Positions 11,549 to 22,042 are shown, counted from the first letter of the stretch. The stretch is DNA of 64,000 bases from Desulfurellales bacterium (GCA_027035575.1 JALVUQ010000048.1:20958-84957); one strand, 5' to 3'. Numbers and translations are program-made. The notes: a model not told the origin generated them from the sequence alone.

Positions 11549-12559
11549 ATGATGGTTGTAATATGGGGTGTGGTTAAATTTATTGTACTGCTTGTGCTTC
11601 TGAGTGTTTACGTTTTATTTATGACCTGGTTTGACAGAAAGGTCATCGCAAGGATGCAAAACAGGGTAGGACCGAAATTAATCGGTTTTCACGGATTATG
11701 GCAACCTCTGGCAGACACTATTAAATCTTTTTGGAAAGAAGACTCTATTCCAAGAGGTTCTTACAGATTTTTGTTTTGGTTGGCACCGATAATATTTACA
11801 ACGTGCGCCTTTGCCATTTCTTTTGTAGTTCCTTTTGCTCCCCCTATTAAAATAGCCGGGGGCGTACTGCATTTTTCGGTTGTCAATATCAATGTTGCCG
11901 TTTTGTTTGTCTTTGCATTTTTGGGACTTGCATCTTTTGGTGTATTGTTTGCCGGAATAGCATCCGGCGGCTCAAAATATCCCTACATTGGCTCTCAAAG
12001 GGAGGGGGCACAGATGATAAGCTACGAAATTATTCTCGCTCTTACTCTGTTAAATCCGATTCTTATGAGCCAATCCTTAAATTTTGAAACAATAGTGGCA
12101 GCTCAAACGCACCACCTATGGTATGCTTTTTACCAACCGGTTGCTTTTGTGTGCTACCTTATTGCTATGTTTGCCGTTTCTGCCAAGGTTCCTTTTGATT
12201 TACCCGAAGCGGAATCGGAGATTTGCTGCGGCTATTTTGTTGAGTATTCAGGAATGAAAATGGGACTTTTCCCCTTTGCCCAGTATATCGTTCTTCTTGT
12301 GATGTCGGCTATTATGGTTTTGATGTTTTTGGGCGGTTGGACAGGTCCTTTTTGGAGCGGCGGATTTATCGCAGGGTTTATATGGTATTGGGTTAAGGTA
12401 GCCTTCTTCGTATTCCTGTTTACCTGGGCGTGGGGCACACTGCCGAGGTACAGATACGACCAGCTTATGGATATAGGTTGGAAAATACTGCTTCCCATAT
12501 CCGTATTGAACATATTCTGGACAGGCTTTGCTCTATCGGCTCATCTGCCGTTCTTTTAA
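11549..12559 (+). CDS. nuoH: Complex I subunit H (ND1)
   Basis: 336-aa polytopic membrane protein with RKVIARMQNRVGP and EAESEICCGYFVEYSGMK motifs. Confidence 0.93.
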   Translation: MMVVIWGVVKFIVLLVLLSVYVLFMTWFDRKVIARMQNRVGPKLIGFHGLWQPLADTIKSFWKEDSIPRGSYRFLFWLAPIIFTTCAFAISFVVPFAPPIKIAGGVLHFSVVNINVAVLFVFAFLGLASFGVLFAGIASGGSKYPYIGSQREGAQMISYEIILALTLLNPILMSQSLNFETIVAAQTHHLWYAFYQPVAFVCYLIAMFAVSAKVPFDLPEAESEICCGYFVEYSGMKMGLFPFAQYIVLLVMSAIMVLMFLGGWTGPFWSGGFIAGFIWYWVKVAFFVFLFTWAWGTLPRYRYDQLMDIGWKILLPISVLNIFWTGFALSAHLPFF

Positions 12560-12572
12560 TTAGGAGGTTTTT

Positions 12573-12986
12573 ATGTTCTTTAACGATTTGAGAAAAGGTT
12601 TTGCGCTTACATTCAAATATCTCTTCAAAAAACCCGTAACGGAAAACTATCCTTACGAAAAAATAGAGATGCCCGAAAGAGCAAGATGGCTGCACCGCTT
12701 CTATCCCGATAAGTGCATAATGTGTAAACTCTGCGAAAATATTTGTCCTCCGAAATGCATAGCCGTAGGAATAGGCAAAAACCCCGAGGGCAAAAGAGAA
12801 CTGAGGGGTTATGATATCAAAATTGACAGATGTATCTTCTGCGGGCTTTGCGTTGAGGTTTGTCCGACAAAAGCCATTACTATGACGGATGTCCACGAAT
12901 TTGCCGATTCCAACAGAAATAAGTTTCACTTCAATATGGAACAGCTGTCTCATACGGGCGAAGAAGAACAGAAAAAGGTGGGGTAA
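12573..12986 (+). CDS. nuoI: Complex I subunit I (2x[4Fe-4S] ferredoxin-type)
   Basis: 137 aa with CIMCKLCENICP and CIFCGLCVEVCP motifs. Confidence 0.92.
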   Translation: MFFNDLRKGFALTFKYLFKKPVTENYPYEKIEMPERARWLHRFYPDKCIMCKLCENICPPKCIAVGIGKNPEGKRELRGYDIKIDRCIFCGLCVEVCPTKAITMTDVHEFADSNRNKFHFNMEQLSHTGEEEQKKVG

Positions 12987-12988
12987 TT

Positions 12989-13501
12989 ATGACTCAAATA
13001 GTATTTTTTATTTTATCCTTAGGCACGATTATCGGCGCTTTAGGCACAATTTTGTGCAAGAATGCATACTACAGTGCGATGTGGATGATTTCAGCCTTCG
13101 TGAGCTTGGCAGGACTCTTTGTTATGCTCAACGCTCCGTTTGTAGCTATGCTTCAGATTATTGTTTATGCAGGCGCCATAGCAATTTTAATACTGTTCGT
13201 TATGATGCTTATGGATAGGAGGGTGTTGAATAACAAACAAAGATTCAATCCTCAGTATTTCTGGGGCATCATTCTCGGTGTCGGACTGTTTAGCGATTTG
13301 GCTGTTTTGGCTTTCAAGTTCAGGATAAACATATCAAATGCCGGAAAAAGCCTGACGCTTCACGGCAGCAACACAAAGATGGTGGGCGATGTGCTGTTTA
13401 AACACTACCTGTTTCCCTTCGAGATAATTGCCATTATTCTGCTTATTGCTCTTATCGGCGCCATCGTTTTAACCAAGAAAGATGAAGAGGAGGCAAGATA
13501 A
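12989..13501 (+). CDS. nuoJ: Complex I subunit J (ND6)
   Basis: 170-aa hydrophobic protein. Position between nuoI and nuoK, with a charged C-terminal tail. Confidence 0.85.
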   Translation: MTQIVFFILSLGTIIGALGTILCKNAYYSAMWMISAFVSLAGLFVMLNAPFVAMLQIIVYAGAIAILILFVMMLMDRRVLNNKQRFNPQYFWGIILGVGLFSDLAVLAFKFRINISNAGKSLTLHGSNTKMVGDVLFKHYLFPFEIIAIILLIALIGAIVLTKKDEEEAR

Positions 13502-13797
13502 TGCTCATCGAATATATGATTGTGTCTGCGCTGTTGTTTGCCATAGGAGCTACCGGGGCAATGATAAGAAGAAATTTTATCGTTATCCTGATGTCTTTGG
13601 AACTTATGCTTAACGGCGCAGGTATGTTGCTGATAACAATGTCTTATTATCTCGGCAATGTATCGGGTCAAATAATGTTCATATTTGTGGCTGCGGTGGC
13701 TGCATCGGAAACAGCAATAGGTTTGGCGATTGTTGTTATGATGTACAAGAGGAAGGGAAGTATCGATATAAACGACTTCTCTATGCTAAAGAAATAA
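13501..13797 (+). CDS. nuoK: Complex I subunit K (ND4L)
   Basis: 98 aa, three TM segments, LMSLELMLNGAG and AASETAIGLAIVV motifs. Confidence 0.9.
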   Translation: MLIEYMIVSALLFAIGATGAMIRRNFIVILMSLELMLNGAGMLLITMSYYLGNVSGQIMFIFVAAVAASETAIGLAIVVMMYKRKGSIDINDFSMLKK

Positions 13798-13808
13798 AAA
13801 GGGGATAA

Positions 13809-15704
13809 ATGATGAGCGTAATTTTATTATTTGTTGTTTTAGCGCCTTTAACGGGCTTTTTAATCAACGGTCTGTTTGGCAAATGGACAAAGCCTTATGC
13901 CGGCGTTATAGCATCACTTGCTCTGGCGACCTCGTTTATACTCGGACTTTTCCCTATTATGTCCGTGCTCAACGGACACATAGTGGAATACACATACTAC
14001 ACCTGGTTGCCCTTCAAAGAAGTTAGTGTTCCTTTCGGACTAAGGGTTGACGCTTTAAGCGCTGTTATGCTCTTTGTGGTTACATTTGTTTCAACTATGA
14101 TTCACATCTACTCCATAGGGTATATGCACGGCGACAAAGGGTACTCGAGGTTTTTCGCATATTTGAACCTCTTTGTAACCTCAATGCTTCTGCTTGTTTT
14201 GGGTAACAGCTATCTTCTTATGTTTGTCGGATGGGAAGGCGTTGGTCTTTGTTCTTATCTGCTTATCGGCTTCTGGTATGAAAAAGATACCGCCTCAGAT
14301 GCCGGAGAAAAGGCATTTGTTGTCAATAGAATAGGCGATGCCGGTTTTATTATCGGTGTTTTATTCATTATTTATCACTTCGGAAGTGCAACATACGCAG
14401 ATGTGTTTCCGAGAGCGCATCAGGTATTAAACACAACAAGCGCAACTATTATAGGACTTGCCCTGTTTTTGGGAGCGATGGGAAAATCGGCTCAGTTTCC
14501 TTTGTATATCTGGCTTACGGACGCAATGGAAGGTCCTACTCCGGTTTCATCCTTGATTCACGCCGCAACTATGGTTACCGCCGGTGTTTATATGGTTGCC
14601 CGCTCCAACGCTATCTACTCTATGGCTCCGATAGCACAGGAGGTCGTTGCCAGCATCGGAGCGTTTACGGCATTTTATGCGGCAACTATGGCTTTGACCC
14701 ATAAAGATATTAAAAGAATTCTTGCCTACTCAACGCTATCTCAGTTGGGATATATGTTTATAGGTGTCGGTGTAGGTGCTTACTGGACAGGAATGTTTCA
14801 CCTTATGACTCACGCATTCTTTAAAGGTTTGCTGTTCCTCGGAGCCGGTGCGATTATGCACTCTATGAGAGGCTTGCTCTCCATAGATTTAATGGGCGGT
14901 TTGAAAAAATATATGCCTCAAACGGCAGCATTGATGATTATAGCCTCACTTGCCATATCCGGAATACCGCCGTTTGCCGGATTTTTCTCCAAAGACGCAA
15001 TTTTAGCGCACGCCTTGGAATTCGGACATCCCTACATCTGGATAGTGGGAGAAATTACGGCGTTTTTAACGGCATTTTATATGTTCAGATTTGTATTCAG
15101 CGTATTTTACGGCGAAGAGAAGGTGCCGGGTTTATATCACGAACTGCATACGCACGAAGCACCCTCAGTTATGACCATACCTATGTGGGTTTTGGGTATT
15201 ATGTCAATTATAGGCGGACTTGTAGGTCTTCATATCGGCGGTGTTATTCCGTTTAAGCACCTTGTTACACAGATAGCCCCAAGCACACCGATAGCCGACA
15301 AAGCCGAATACCCCGAAAGCCTTTTGATAGGAATATCCGTGACAATGGGACTTTTGGGTATATTCAGTGCTTGGATTATATACATTAAAAAACTCATCAC
15401 GGCAGAAAAGATTGCAAAAACATTCAAACCGATATACACGCTGCTTGCCAACACATACTACGTTGACGAGTTTGTGTATTGCTGTATAGTCAAGCCGTTT
15501 TGGTGGATATCCACAAACCTGTTATGGAAAATCGTCGATGTTGAAATTATAGATAAAGGCGGAGTTGACGGAACGGGTTGGGTTGCAGGCAGAATAGGTT
15601 ATCTTTTGAGATTCTTGCAAACCGGATTTATCAATAACTATGCATACTGGATAAGCTTCGGCATCATAGTGCTGAGCGGATGGTACATAGTTAAAATTAT
15701 CTAA
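13809..15704 (+). CDS. nuoL: Complex I subunit L (ND5 antiporter-like)
   Basis: 631 aa with FVGWEGVGLCSYLLIGFW and GKSAQFPLYIWLTDAMEGPTPVSSLIHAATMVTAGVY motifs. Confidence 0.93.
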   Translation: MMSVILLFVVLAPLTGFLINGLFGKWTKPYAGVIASLALATSFILGLFPIMSVLNGHIVEYTYYTWLPFKEVSVPFGLRVDALSAVMLFVVTFVSTMIHIYSIGYMHGDKGYSRFFAYLNLFVTSMLLLVLGNSYLLMFVGWEGVGLCSYLLIGFWYEKDTASDAGEKAFVVNRIGDAGFIIGVLFIIYHFGSATYADVFPRAHQVLNTTSATIIGLALFLGAMGKSAQFPLYIWLTDAMEGPTPVSSLIHAATMVTAGVYMVARSNAIYSMAPIAQEVVASIGAFTAFYAATMALTHKDIKRILAYSTLSQLGYMFIGVGVGAYWTGMFHLMTHAFFKGLLFLGAGAIMHSMRGLLSIDLMGGLKKYMPQTAALMIIASLAISGIPPFAGFFSKDAILAHALEFGHPYIWIVGEITAFLTAFYMFRFVFSVFYGEEKVPGLYHELHTHEAPSVMTIPMWVLGIMSIIGGLVGLHIGGVIPFKHLVTQIAPSTPIADKAEYPESLLIGISVTMGLLGIFSAWIIYIKKLITAEKIAKTFKPIYTLLANTYYVDEFVYCCIVKPFWWISTNLLWKIVDVEIIDKGGVDGTGWVAGRIGYLLRFLQTGFINNYAYWISFGIIVLSGWYIVKII

Positions 15705-15717
15705 AGGAGTTTAAGGT

Positions 15718-17274
15718 ATGAATCAGCTTCATTTTCCTATTCTATCACTAATAACGTTTTTACCTCTCGCCGGTGCTATACTGATAGCCTTTATCAACGA
15801 AAAAAACGAAAATTTCATAAGATATTTCACATTCGGCATATTGGTGATAGATTTTATAATTTCACTACCTCTGTTTTTTGCATTCGACCCCTCGACATAC
15901 CATATGCAGTTTGTTGAAAGGATGCCTTGGATTAAATCCCTCGGCTTTCAATACTACGTAGGGGTTGACGGCATAAGTCTGTTTCTTGTTTTGTTGACGA
16001 CATTTCTTACACCCATTGCTCAGCTTTCCACCTGGAAAGCGGTTAACAAAAAGGTTAAGCTGTTTAATATAGTCATTCTATTTATGCAAACCGGAATGCT
16101 CGGCGTGTTCATATCTTTGGATATGTTCCTGTTTTATGTATTCTGGGAAGTTCAGCTCATCCCTATGTATCTTATGATAGGTATCTGGGGCGGACCTAAC
16201 AGGGTTTTTGCCACAATGAAATTCTTCTTATATACCTTTGCCGGAAGTGTGTTGATGATGGTAGCCATTATGGCTTTGTACTTCCTGAATCACCACTACA
16301 CCGGTGTTTATACATCGGATATGGTTAAATTGATGTCAACGCCTCTGCCGGCGCACATTCAACTCTGGTTGTTTTTGGCGTTTTTTGTTGCCTTTGCAAT
16401 CAAGGTCCCTATGTGGCCGTTCCACACGTGGCTGCCTTGGGCACACGTCGAAGCTCCGACGGCAGGCTCGGTTTTGCTTGCAGGCGTCTTGTTGAAAATG
16501 GGAACATACGGATTTTTAAGATTTAATCTGCCGATGTTTCCCGATATGACACACGCTTTTGCCGTCTTAGTTATAGTGCTTGCCATAATAGGCATATTTT
16601 ACGGTGCGTTTGTGGCAATGGTTCAACCCGACATTAAAAAACTTGTTGCTTACTCCTCCGTATCCCACCTCGGCTATTCTATGCTGGGTATGTTCGCTTT
16701 GACCCAGGTCGGAATGGAGGGTTCTATTTTACAGATGTTAAACCACGGCATATCAACCGGCGCCCTCTTCTTGGCTGTCGGTATAGTGTATGAAAGAAGA
16801 CATACAAGGTTGATTTCCGAATACGGCGGATTGGCTTCGTTGGTTCCGGTTTTTGCAACGTTCTTTATGATATTCACGCTATCGTCCATAGCCGTACCGG
16901 GAACAAACGGTTTTGTCGGTGAGTTTATGATACTGCTCGGTGCATTTTTATCGCATCCTGTTTACGGCATTATCGTGGCTTTCGGCGGACTATTTTCAGC
17001 CGTTTATATGTTGACTATGTATAAAAGAGTTGTGTTTTTAAAGGTTACAAACCCCAAGAATTTAGAGCTTGAGGATATGAGCAAACGTGAGTGGGCTTAT
17101 ATGGTGCCGCTGGTGCTTTTTGTATTCTGGATAGGTTTGTATCCCAATACATTCCTCTCAAAGATGAGGGTTTCTGTGGAGCATTTGTTAAAACAAACAA
17201 ACAGAACCGTTCAAGTAAGTATGACATCCAAGCAAATTCAACCTGTTAAAACGGTAGTGGTCAAAAAAGGCTAA
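15718..17274 (+). CDS. nuoM: Complex I subunit M (ND4 antiporter-like)
   Basis: 518 aa with FVFWEVQLIPMYLMIGIWGG and KVPMWPFHTWLPWAHVEAPTAGSVLLAGVLLKMG motifs. Confidence 0.93.
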   Translation: MNQLHFPILSLITFLPLAGAILIAFINEKNENFIRYFTFGILVIDFIISLPLFFAFDPSTYHMQFVERMPWIKSLGFQYYVGVDGISLFLVLLTTFLTPIAQLSTWKAVNKKVKLFNIVILFMQTGMLGVFISLDMFLFYVFWEVQLIPMYLMIGIWGGPNRVFATMKFFLYTFAGSVLMMVAIMALYFLNHHYTGVYTSDMVKLMSTPLPAHIQLWLFLAFFVAFAIKVPMWPFHTWLPWAHVEAPTAGSVLLAGVLLKMGTYGFLRFNLPMFPDMTHAFAVLVIVLAIIGIFYGAFVAMVQPDIKKLVAYSSVSHLGYSMLGMFALTQVGMEGSILQMLNHGISTGALFLAVGIVYERRHTRLISEYGGLASLVPVFATFFMIFTLSSIAVPGTNGFVGEFMILLGAFLSHPVYGIIVAFGGLFSAVYMLTMYKRVVFLKVTNPKNLELEDMSKREWAYMVPLVLFVFWIGLYPNTFLSKMRVSVEHLLKQTNRTVQVSMTSKQIQPVKTVVVKKG

Positions 17275-17280
17275 AGGGGA

Positions 17281-18729
17281 GTGGGTATGCTTTATTCAAT
17301 GAAAGATTTGGTGGCGATTGTGCCGGAGTTGATAGTAACTGCATTTGCTTTTGCTATCTTGCTGATAGACTTGTGGCTCCCTAAAAGGATGAAAGGGTTT
17401 AACGGCATTTTAGCCCTCGTAGGAGTGCTGGTGGCTGTAGGTGTCACTATCTCTATGTACAACCTTAATGCTGTTGCATTTCACGGTATGGTTGTAATGG
17501 ACAGGGCTTCAAATTTTGCAAACATTGTAATTCTTCTTGTTACTTTTGTCGTAATAATTATGGGCTTTGATTTTCTCAACAGAGAAAACATAAATATCGG
17601 AGAATACTACGAAATTATGCTCTTTTCGGTTGTTGCAATGATGGTTTTGGCATCATCTTACAATCTTATTACTATATTCATAGCCATCGAGACGCTTTCC
17701 ATAGGTATGTACATCCTCACGGGTTTTCTTAAAAATAAGAACGAAAGCGTTGAAGGAGCTATGAAGTACTTTATTCTGGGCTCTTTCGCATCTTCGTTCC
17801 TTGTTTTAGGCATCGGTTTGCTCTACGGACTGTTCGGAAGCGCTGATTTGAATGTTATAAAAAGCGCACTTTCAGGTGCGGACAGCCTGCACAAATGGGT
17901 AACGATTCTCTCTTTTCTGCTTATTTTTGTTGGATTCGGATTCAAAATCGCAGCCTTTCCGTTTCACTCCTGGACGCCGGATGTTTATGCGGCAGCTCCA
18001 ACACCGGTCAGCGCATTTATGTCCATAGCCCCGAAAGTAGCGGGCTTTTTGGTCTTGATGCGGTTTCTTGTTGTGGGTATGGCTCCCATCCAGGTTGAGT
18101 GGAGCAAAGTTTTATGGATAATTGCAGCTTTGACGATGACCTTCGGTAACACCGTAGCTTTGTGGCAAAAAGACCTAAAAAGGCTTCTCGGTTATTCTTC
18201 AATAGCGCACGCAGGATATATGCTTGTGGGTATCACAGCGGCAAATGCTCTCGGTTACGGAGCTGTTATGTTCTATCTGTTCGGATACCTGTTTATGAAC
18301 CTCGGAGCCTTTGCTGTTGCCGAGTTTATCAGCACGAAAGAAGACAGAGGCACGGAGATAGAAAATCTAAGGGGTATGGGATATAGGTATCCTCTGATTG
18401 GGCTGGCTATGCTTATGTTTATGTTCTGCCTTGCGGGAGTACCTCCGACAGTCGGATTTATAGGAAAGTACTATCTGTTTTCCGCTGCCGTAAAATCCCA
18501 CCTATACTGGCTTGCCGTTATAGGCGTTATAAACAGTGCCATCTCGGCATACTTCTATCTCAATATCGTTGTGACAATGTATATGAAAGGTGAGCCCGAG
18601 AATCCTCCGGCTGTTTTAAACAGCCTTCCTTTGAAAATAGTTGTTCTTGTCGGAGCCTTGGGCGTTGCATACATAGGTGTTTTCCCCGGCTCTTTGCTTG
18701 ATGTTGCACTTAAATCCATAACCTTCTAA
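17281..18729 (+). CDS. nuoN: Complex I subunit N (ND2 antiporter-like)
   Basis: 482 aa with the KIAAFPFHSWTPDVYAAAPTPVSAFMS motif. Last gene of the array. Confidence 0.92.
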   Translation: MGMLYSMKDLVAIVPELIVTAFAFAILLIDLWLPKRMKGFNGILALVGVLVAVGVTISMYNLNAVAFHGMVVMDRASNFANIVILLVTFVVIIMGFDFLNRENINIGEYYEIMLFSVVAMMVLASSYNLITIFIAIETLSIGMYILTGFLKNKNESVEGAMKYFILGSFASSFLVLGIGLLYGLFGSADLNVIKSALSGADSLHKWVTILSFLLIFVGFGFKIAAFPFHSWTPDVYAAAPTPVSAFMSIAPKVAGFLVLMRFLVVGMAPIQVEWSKVLWIIAALTMTFGNTVALWQKDLKRLLGYSSIAHAGYMLVGITAANALGYGAVMFYLFGYLFMNLGAFAVAEFISTKEDRGTEIENLRGMGYRYPLIGLAMLMFMFCLAGVPPTVGFIGKYYLFSAAVKSHLYWLAVIGVINSAISAYFYLNIVVTMYMKGEPENPPAVLNSLPLKIVVLVGALGVAYIGVFPGSLLDVALKSITF

Positions 18730-18738
18730 AGGTTTTAG

Positions 18739-18767
18739 GGCGAAGGTTAACCACCTTCGCCTTTTTT
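18739..18767 (+). terminator. Rho-independent terminator after nuoN
   Basis: GGCGAAGGT - 5-nt loop - ACCTTCGCC (9-bp GC-rich stem) followed directly by TTTTTT, starting 10 nt after the nuoN stop. Confidence 0.8.
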
Positions 18768-18781
18768 CACGCTTCTTTTTC

Positions 18782-18809
18782 TTGACAAAGATTTACCATA
18801 AAGTATAAC
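18782..18809 (+). promoter_or_regulatory. Candidate sigma70-type promoter for the argD array
   Basis: TTGACA - 16 nt - TATAAC, about 29 nt upstream of the argD ATG. Confidence 0.5.
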
Positions 18810-18837
18810 CTAAACAGTTACTTAAAGAGGTGTGAGT

Positions 18838-20004
18838 ATGGATGTATTTGAAAAAACCGACAAATTTATAATGAACACCTACAAGCGCTTCCCCGTTTTC
18901 TTCACAAAAGGAGAGGGTGTTTATCTTTTTGACGATAAAAACAACAGATATTTGGATTTTCTGGCAGGTATAGCCGTTAATATACTGGGGCATTCACACA
19001 AAGTAATAACTCAAGCCATAGAAAAACAATCAAAAAAGCTTATACACGTTTCAAATCTATACTATATCAAAGAACAGGCGGATTTGGCTTGCCTGCTTGT
19101 TGAAAATTCCTGCAGCGATAAGGTCTTTTTCTCAAATTCGGGTGCCGAGGCAAATGAAGCAGCCATAAAGCTTGCAAGACTCTACGGCAAAAAAGAGAGA
19201 TACAAAATCATAACTATGAAAAACTCATTTCACGGAAGAACAATAACTACACTTTCGGCGACAGGTCAAACCAAATATCAAAAGGGCTTTGAACCGATGA
19301 CACCCGGCTTTTCCTATGCACAATTCAATGATTTTGAGGATTTGAAAAAACAAATTGACGATAAAACCTGTGCCGTCATTGTTGAATTTATACAAGGCGA
19401 AGGCGGAATAAATACGGCAAGCTCTCAATATATCTCAGATACATATAAACTGTGCAAAGAAAAGGACATTCTGTTTATAGCAGACGAGATTCAAACCGGT
19501 ATGGGCAGGACGGGCAAACTGTTTGCATACGAACACTACGGCGTTGAGCCGGATATAATAACAATGGCAAAGGCTCTTGGCGGCGGCTTGCCGATAGGAG
19601 CAACCCTTGCAAAAGAAGAGATAGCTAAAGTGTTCACATACGGAACACACGGTTCGACTTTCGGCGGTAGTCCGTTTGTCAGCTATGTGGCATTTAACGT
19701 GTTAAAATATGTTTTGGAAGAGGGGCTGGCAAAAAAAGCTGAAGAAAAAGGCATTTATCTCATAAAAAATCTAAAAAGCCTCATTAAAAACAAAAAAGAT
19801 ATTGCGGGAATAGACGGATTCGGGCTAATTATCGGTCTGCATACAAAAAGCGGTGAGTATGCAAATGAATTAGTCTTAAAAGCGCTGGAAAACAAAATCT
19901 TAATCGGCAAAGCCGGAGATTGCAGCATTAGATTTGAGCCGCCGTTAATTGTTGAGAAAGAACATATAGACACGGTTTTAGAATTTTTGGATAAAAACCT
20001 ATGA
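18838..20004 (+). CDS. argD: Acetylornithine aminotransferase (class III PLP aminotransferase)
   Basis: SNSGAEANEAAIKLAR, FIADEIQTGMGRTGK and TFGGSPF motifs. The ATG at 18838 lies 8 nt after GAGG, so I prefer it to the GTG at 18832. Confidence 0.85.
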   Translation: MDVFEKTDKFIMNTYKRFPVFFTKGEGVYLFDDKNNRYLDFLAGIAVNILGHSHKVITQAIEKQSKKLIHVSNLYYIKEQADLACLLVENSCSDKVFFSNSGAEANEAAIKLARLYGKKERYKIITMKNSFHGRTITTLSATGQTKYQKGFEPMTPGFSYAQFNDFEDLKKQIDDKTCAVIVEFIQGEGGINTASSQYISDTYKLCKEKDILFIADEIQTGMGRTGKLFAYEHYGVEPDIITMAKALGGGLPIGATLAKEEIAKVFTYGTHGSTFGGSPFVSYVAFNVLKYVLEEGLAKKAEEKGIYLIKNLKSLIKNKKDIAGIDGFGLIIGLHTKSGEYANELVLKALENKILIGKAGDCSIRFEPPLIVEKEHIDTVLEFLDKNL

Positions 20005-20462
20005 AACTATCCGAAGATGTAATACAAAGGCTTTCGGAACAAATAAGCACGGTTTTCGGAATAGGCTATACTGTCTATGCTCCGGGAACGATTGGCAGCC
20101 TATTCGGGCTTTTGCTCTATATGTTTATAAAAGATTTGCCGATTGTGTGGTATGTGACATTTATTGTAGTCCTCTTTCTTATCGGCGTGCTGGTTAGCGA
20201 TGTAATGGAGGATGTGTACGGAATAAAAGACCCGTCGTTTGTTGTAATAGACGAGGTTGTGGGTATGCTTATTTCTATGATAGCCATCCCCTATTCCCCT
20301 CTTGTTGCGATACTCGGCTTCCTGCTTTTTCGGATAATAGACATAACAAAAATCCCGCCTCTTAATTGGCTTGAGAAGCTGCATGGGGGGTTTGGTATTA
20401 TGATTGACGATGCCGTAGGCGGCTTAATCGTAAATATCATATTGCAGGTGTTGTTCAGGTGA
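20001..20462 (+). CDS. pgpA: Phosphatidylglycerophosphatase A
   Basis: 153 aa with VFGIGYTVYAPGTIGSLFG and DITKIPP...GFGIMIDDAVGG motifs. ATGA overlap with argD. Confidence 0.88.
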   Translation: MKLSEDVIQRLSEQISTVFGIGYTVYAPGTIGSLFGLLLYMFIKDLPIVWYVTFIVVLFLIGVLVSDVMEDVYGIKDPSFVVIDEVVGMLISMIAIPYSPLVAILGFLLFRIIDITKIPPLNWLEKLHGGFGIMIDDAVGGLIVNIILQVLFR

Positions 20463-21484
20463 ACATTTCCGTTGTGTGTACAAGTTTAAACGATATATGC
20501 GGAATAGACAAAACCATACTTTATCAATCGGGTGTCAATATCGTATCATTTTTATCCGTTGGCAGCTCTGTCGATACCCTTAAAAACGCCTTGAAATACT
20601 CCTTTGAAAACTCTGACGGGGTTTGTGTCATCTACTCAAAACAGAGCTGGTCTAACCTTCAAAAAGCAATGCTTATGGAGTTTGAAAGAAGCAGCGTTTT
20701 TGTTGAGGCAAAAACTCCCTATGTCATAGCAAACGGCTTTCAAGAGATTGTTGAGGGTGTATATTTCGACACCGTTTACGATAAACCGTTTGTGTTTGTA
20801 TCGAACGAGCTGAAAGAGGGTATAAATATAGACATAATCAGCTCTCTGTTTTTAGAAAAACTCGCAAGGGTAGGTATTTTTGACGAACAGATTCAAAGCA
20901 CAGACAGCGTATTCATCGATGAGGTTGAAACCGTAATGGTTACGGATTTTGCAAACATAAACAGGCTGATAGAACCCGCAAAACAGAACAAAATCTATAC
21001 CACAAAAGGCGAATCGCCCGCTCTTTCTTTGTTTAACACCCTACAAGAAAAAAACGCAACGATTGTAACGGCTGAATCCTGTACATCGGGTATGATAGCA
21101 GCCTCAATAACCGATATACCGGGCTCTTCAAACTATTTTCTCGGGGGGTGCGCCACCTATTCCAACGAGTTTAAAAGCAGATTTATAGGGGTAAACACAA
21201 ACACCCTAAACAGTTTCGGTGCTGTCAGCAAAGAGGTTGCGGTACAAATGGCAATAGGCGTTTTAAACAACTCGAATGCTGACTTCAGTGTTGCTGTTAC
21301 AGGCATTGCAGGACCAAAAGGCGCAACAAAAGACAAGCCTGTGGGACTTGTTTACATATCCGCCGCATCAAGGTATAACACAAACGTAATAAAAAAGGTG
21401 TTTACAGGAAACAGGAAATTGATAAGACACAAAACAACGAAATTTGCTCTGCTCTTTTTACGGGATTTTATTTTAGCACAATGA
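20459..21484 (+). CDS. cinA: CinA-family protein: C-terminal PncC-like nicotinamide-nucleotide amidase domain, divergent N-terminal half
   Basis: The C-terminal half (IVTAESCTSGMIAASITDIPGSSNYFLGGCATYSNEFK...AVTGIAGP) is canonical CinA-C. The N-terminal ~190 aa only loosely follows the MoCF-type pattern. GTGA overlap with pgpA. Confidence 0.8.
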   Translation: MNISVVCTSLNDICGIDKTILYQSGVNIVSFLSVGSSVDTLKNALKYSFENSDGVCVIYSKQSWSNLQKAMLMEFERSSVFVEAKTPYVIANGFQEIVEGVYFDTVYDKPFVFVSNELKEGINIDIISSLFLEKLARVGIFDEQIQSTDSVFIDEVETVMVTDFANINRLIEPAKQNKIYTTKGESPALSLFNTLQEKNATIVTAESCTSGMIAASITDIPGSSNYFLGGCATYSNEFKSRFIGVNTNTLNSFGAVSKEVAVQMAIGVLNNSNADFSVAVTGIAGPKGATKDKPVGLVYISAASRYNTNVIKKVFTGNRKLIRHKTTKFALLFLRDFILAQ

Positions 21485-22041
21485 GAGTATTCTTGGCAAT
21501 AGAGCTTCCGAATCAAATAAAAAACAGCCTTAAAGAACTTATGTACAAGATGGAGCCATATTCAAAATACATCAAACTGACTCCGACTAACAACCTTCAC
21601 TTCACGCTGAAATTCTTAGGGGAACAGAACGATTTAAGCATAGAAAGGATAAAAGAAACAGCAAAAAAAGAGATTGAACAAATAGAGGCTTTCAACATAA
21701 ATATAGACAAAAGCGGCATCTTCGGCAGCATCAAAAACCCAAAGATAGTGTGGCTTGGTCAGGATAATGCAAATTTCGTTTCATCTGCAACAAGAATAAA
21801 CAGTGCACTCGAAATGTTCAGGTTTGAACCAAAACCTCCCGTATGTCACCTGACAATAGGAAGGATAAAGCGTATATCCGCAGGCGATATTACGGAAGTT
21901 ATAAAGATATGCAAAGATTTCGTCAGTAAAAATAACTTGCGTTTCTGCGCAAGCCGTGTATATTTATATAAAAGTATTCTTTCAAGAAACGGTGCAATAT
22001 ATGAAAAAATAGAAAATTTCAAAATGAAAGGGAGTTGTTGA
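21481..22041 (+). CDS. thpR: RNA 2',3'-cyclic phosphodiesterase / 2'-5' RNA ligase family (2H phosphoesterase)
   Basis: 186 aa with two H-x-T motifs (LHFTLKFLG and CHLTIGR). ATGA overlap with cinA. Confidence 0.85.
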   Translation: MRVFLAIELPNQIKNSLKELMYKMEPYSKYIKLTPTNNLHFTLKFLGEQNDLSIERIKETAKKEIEQIEAFNINIDKSGIFGSIKNPKIVWLGQDNANFVSSATRINSALEMFRFEPKPPVCHLTIGRIKRISAGDITEVIKICKDFVSKNNLRFCASRVYLYKSILSRNGAIYEKIENFKMKGSC

Positions 22042-22042
22042 G

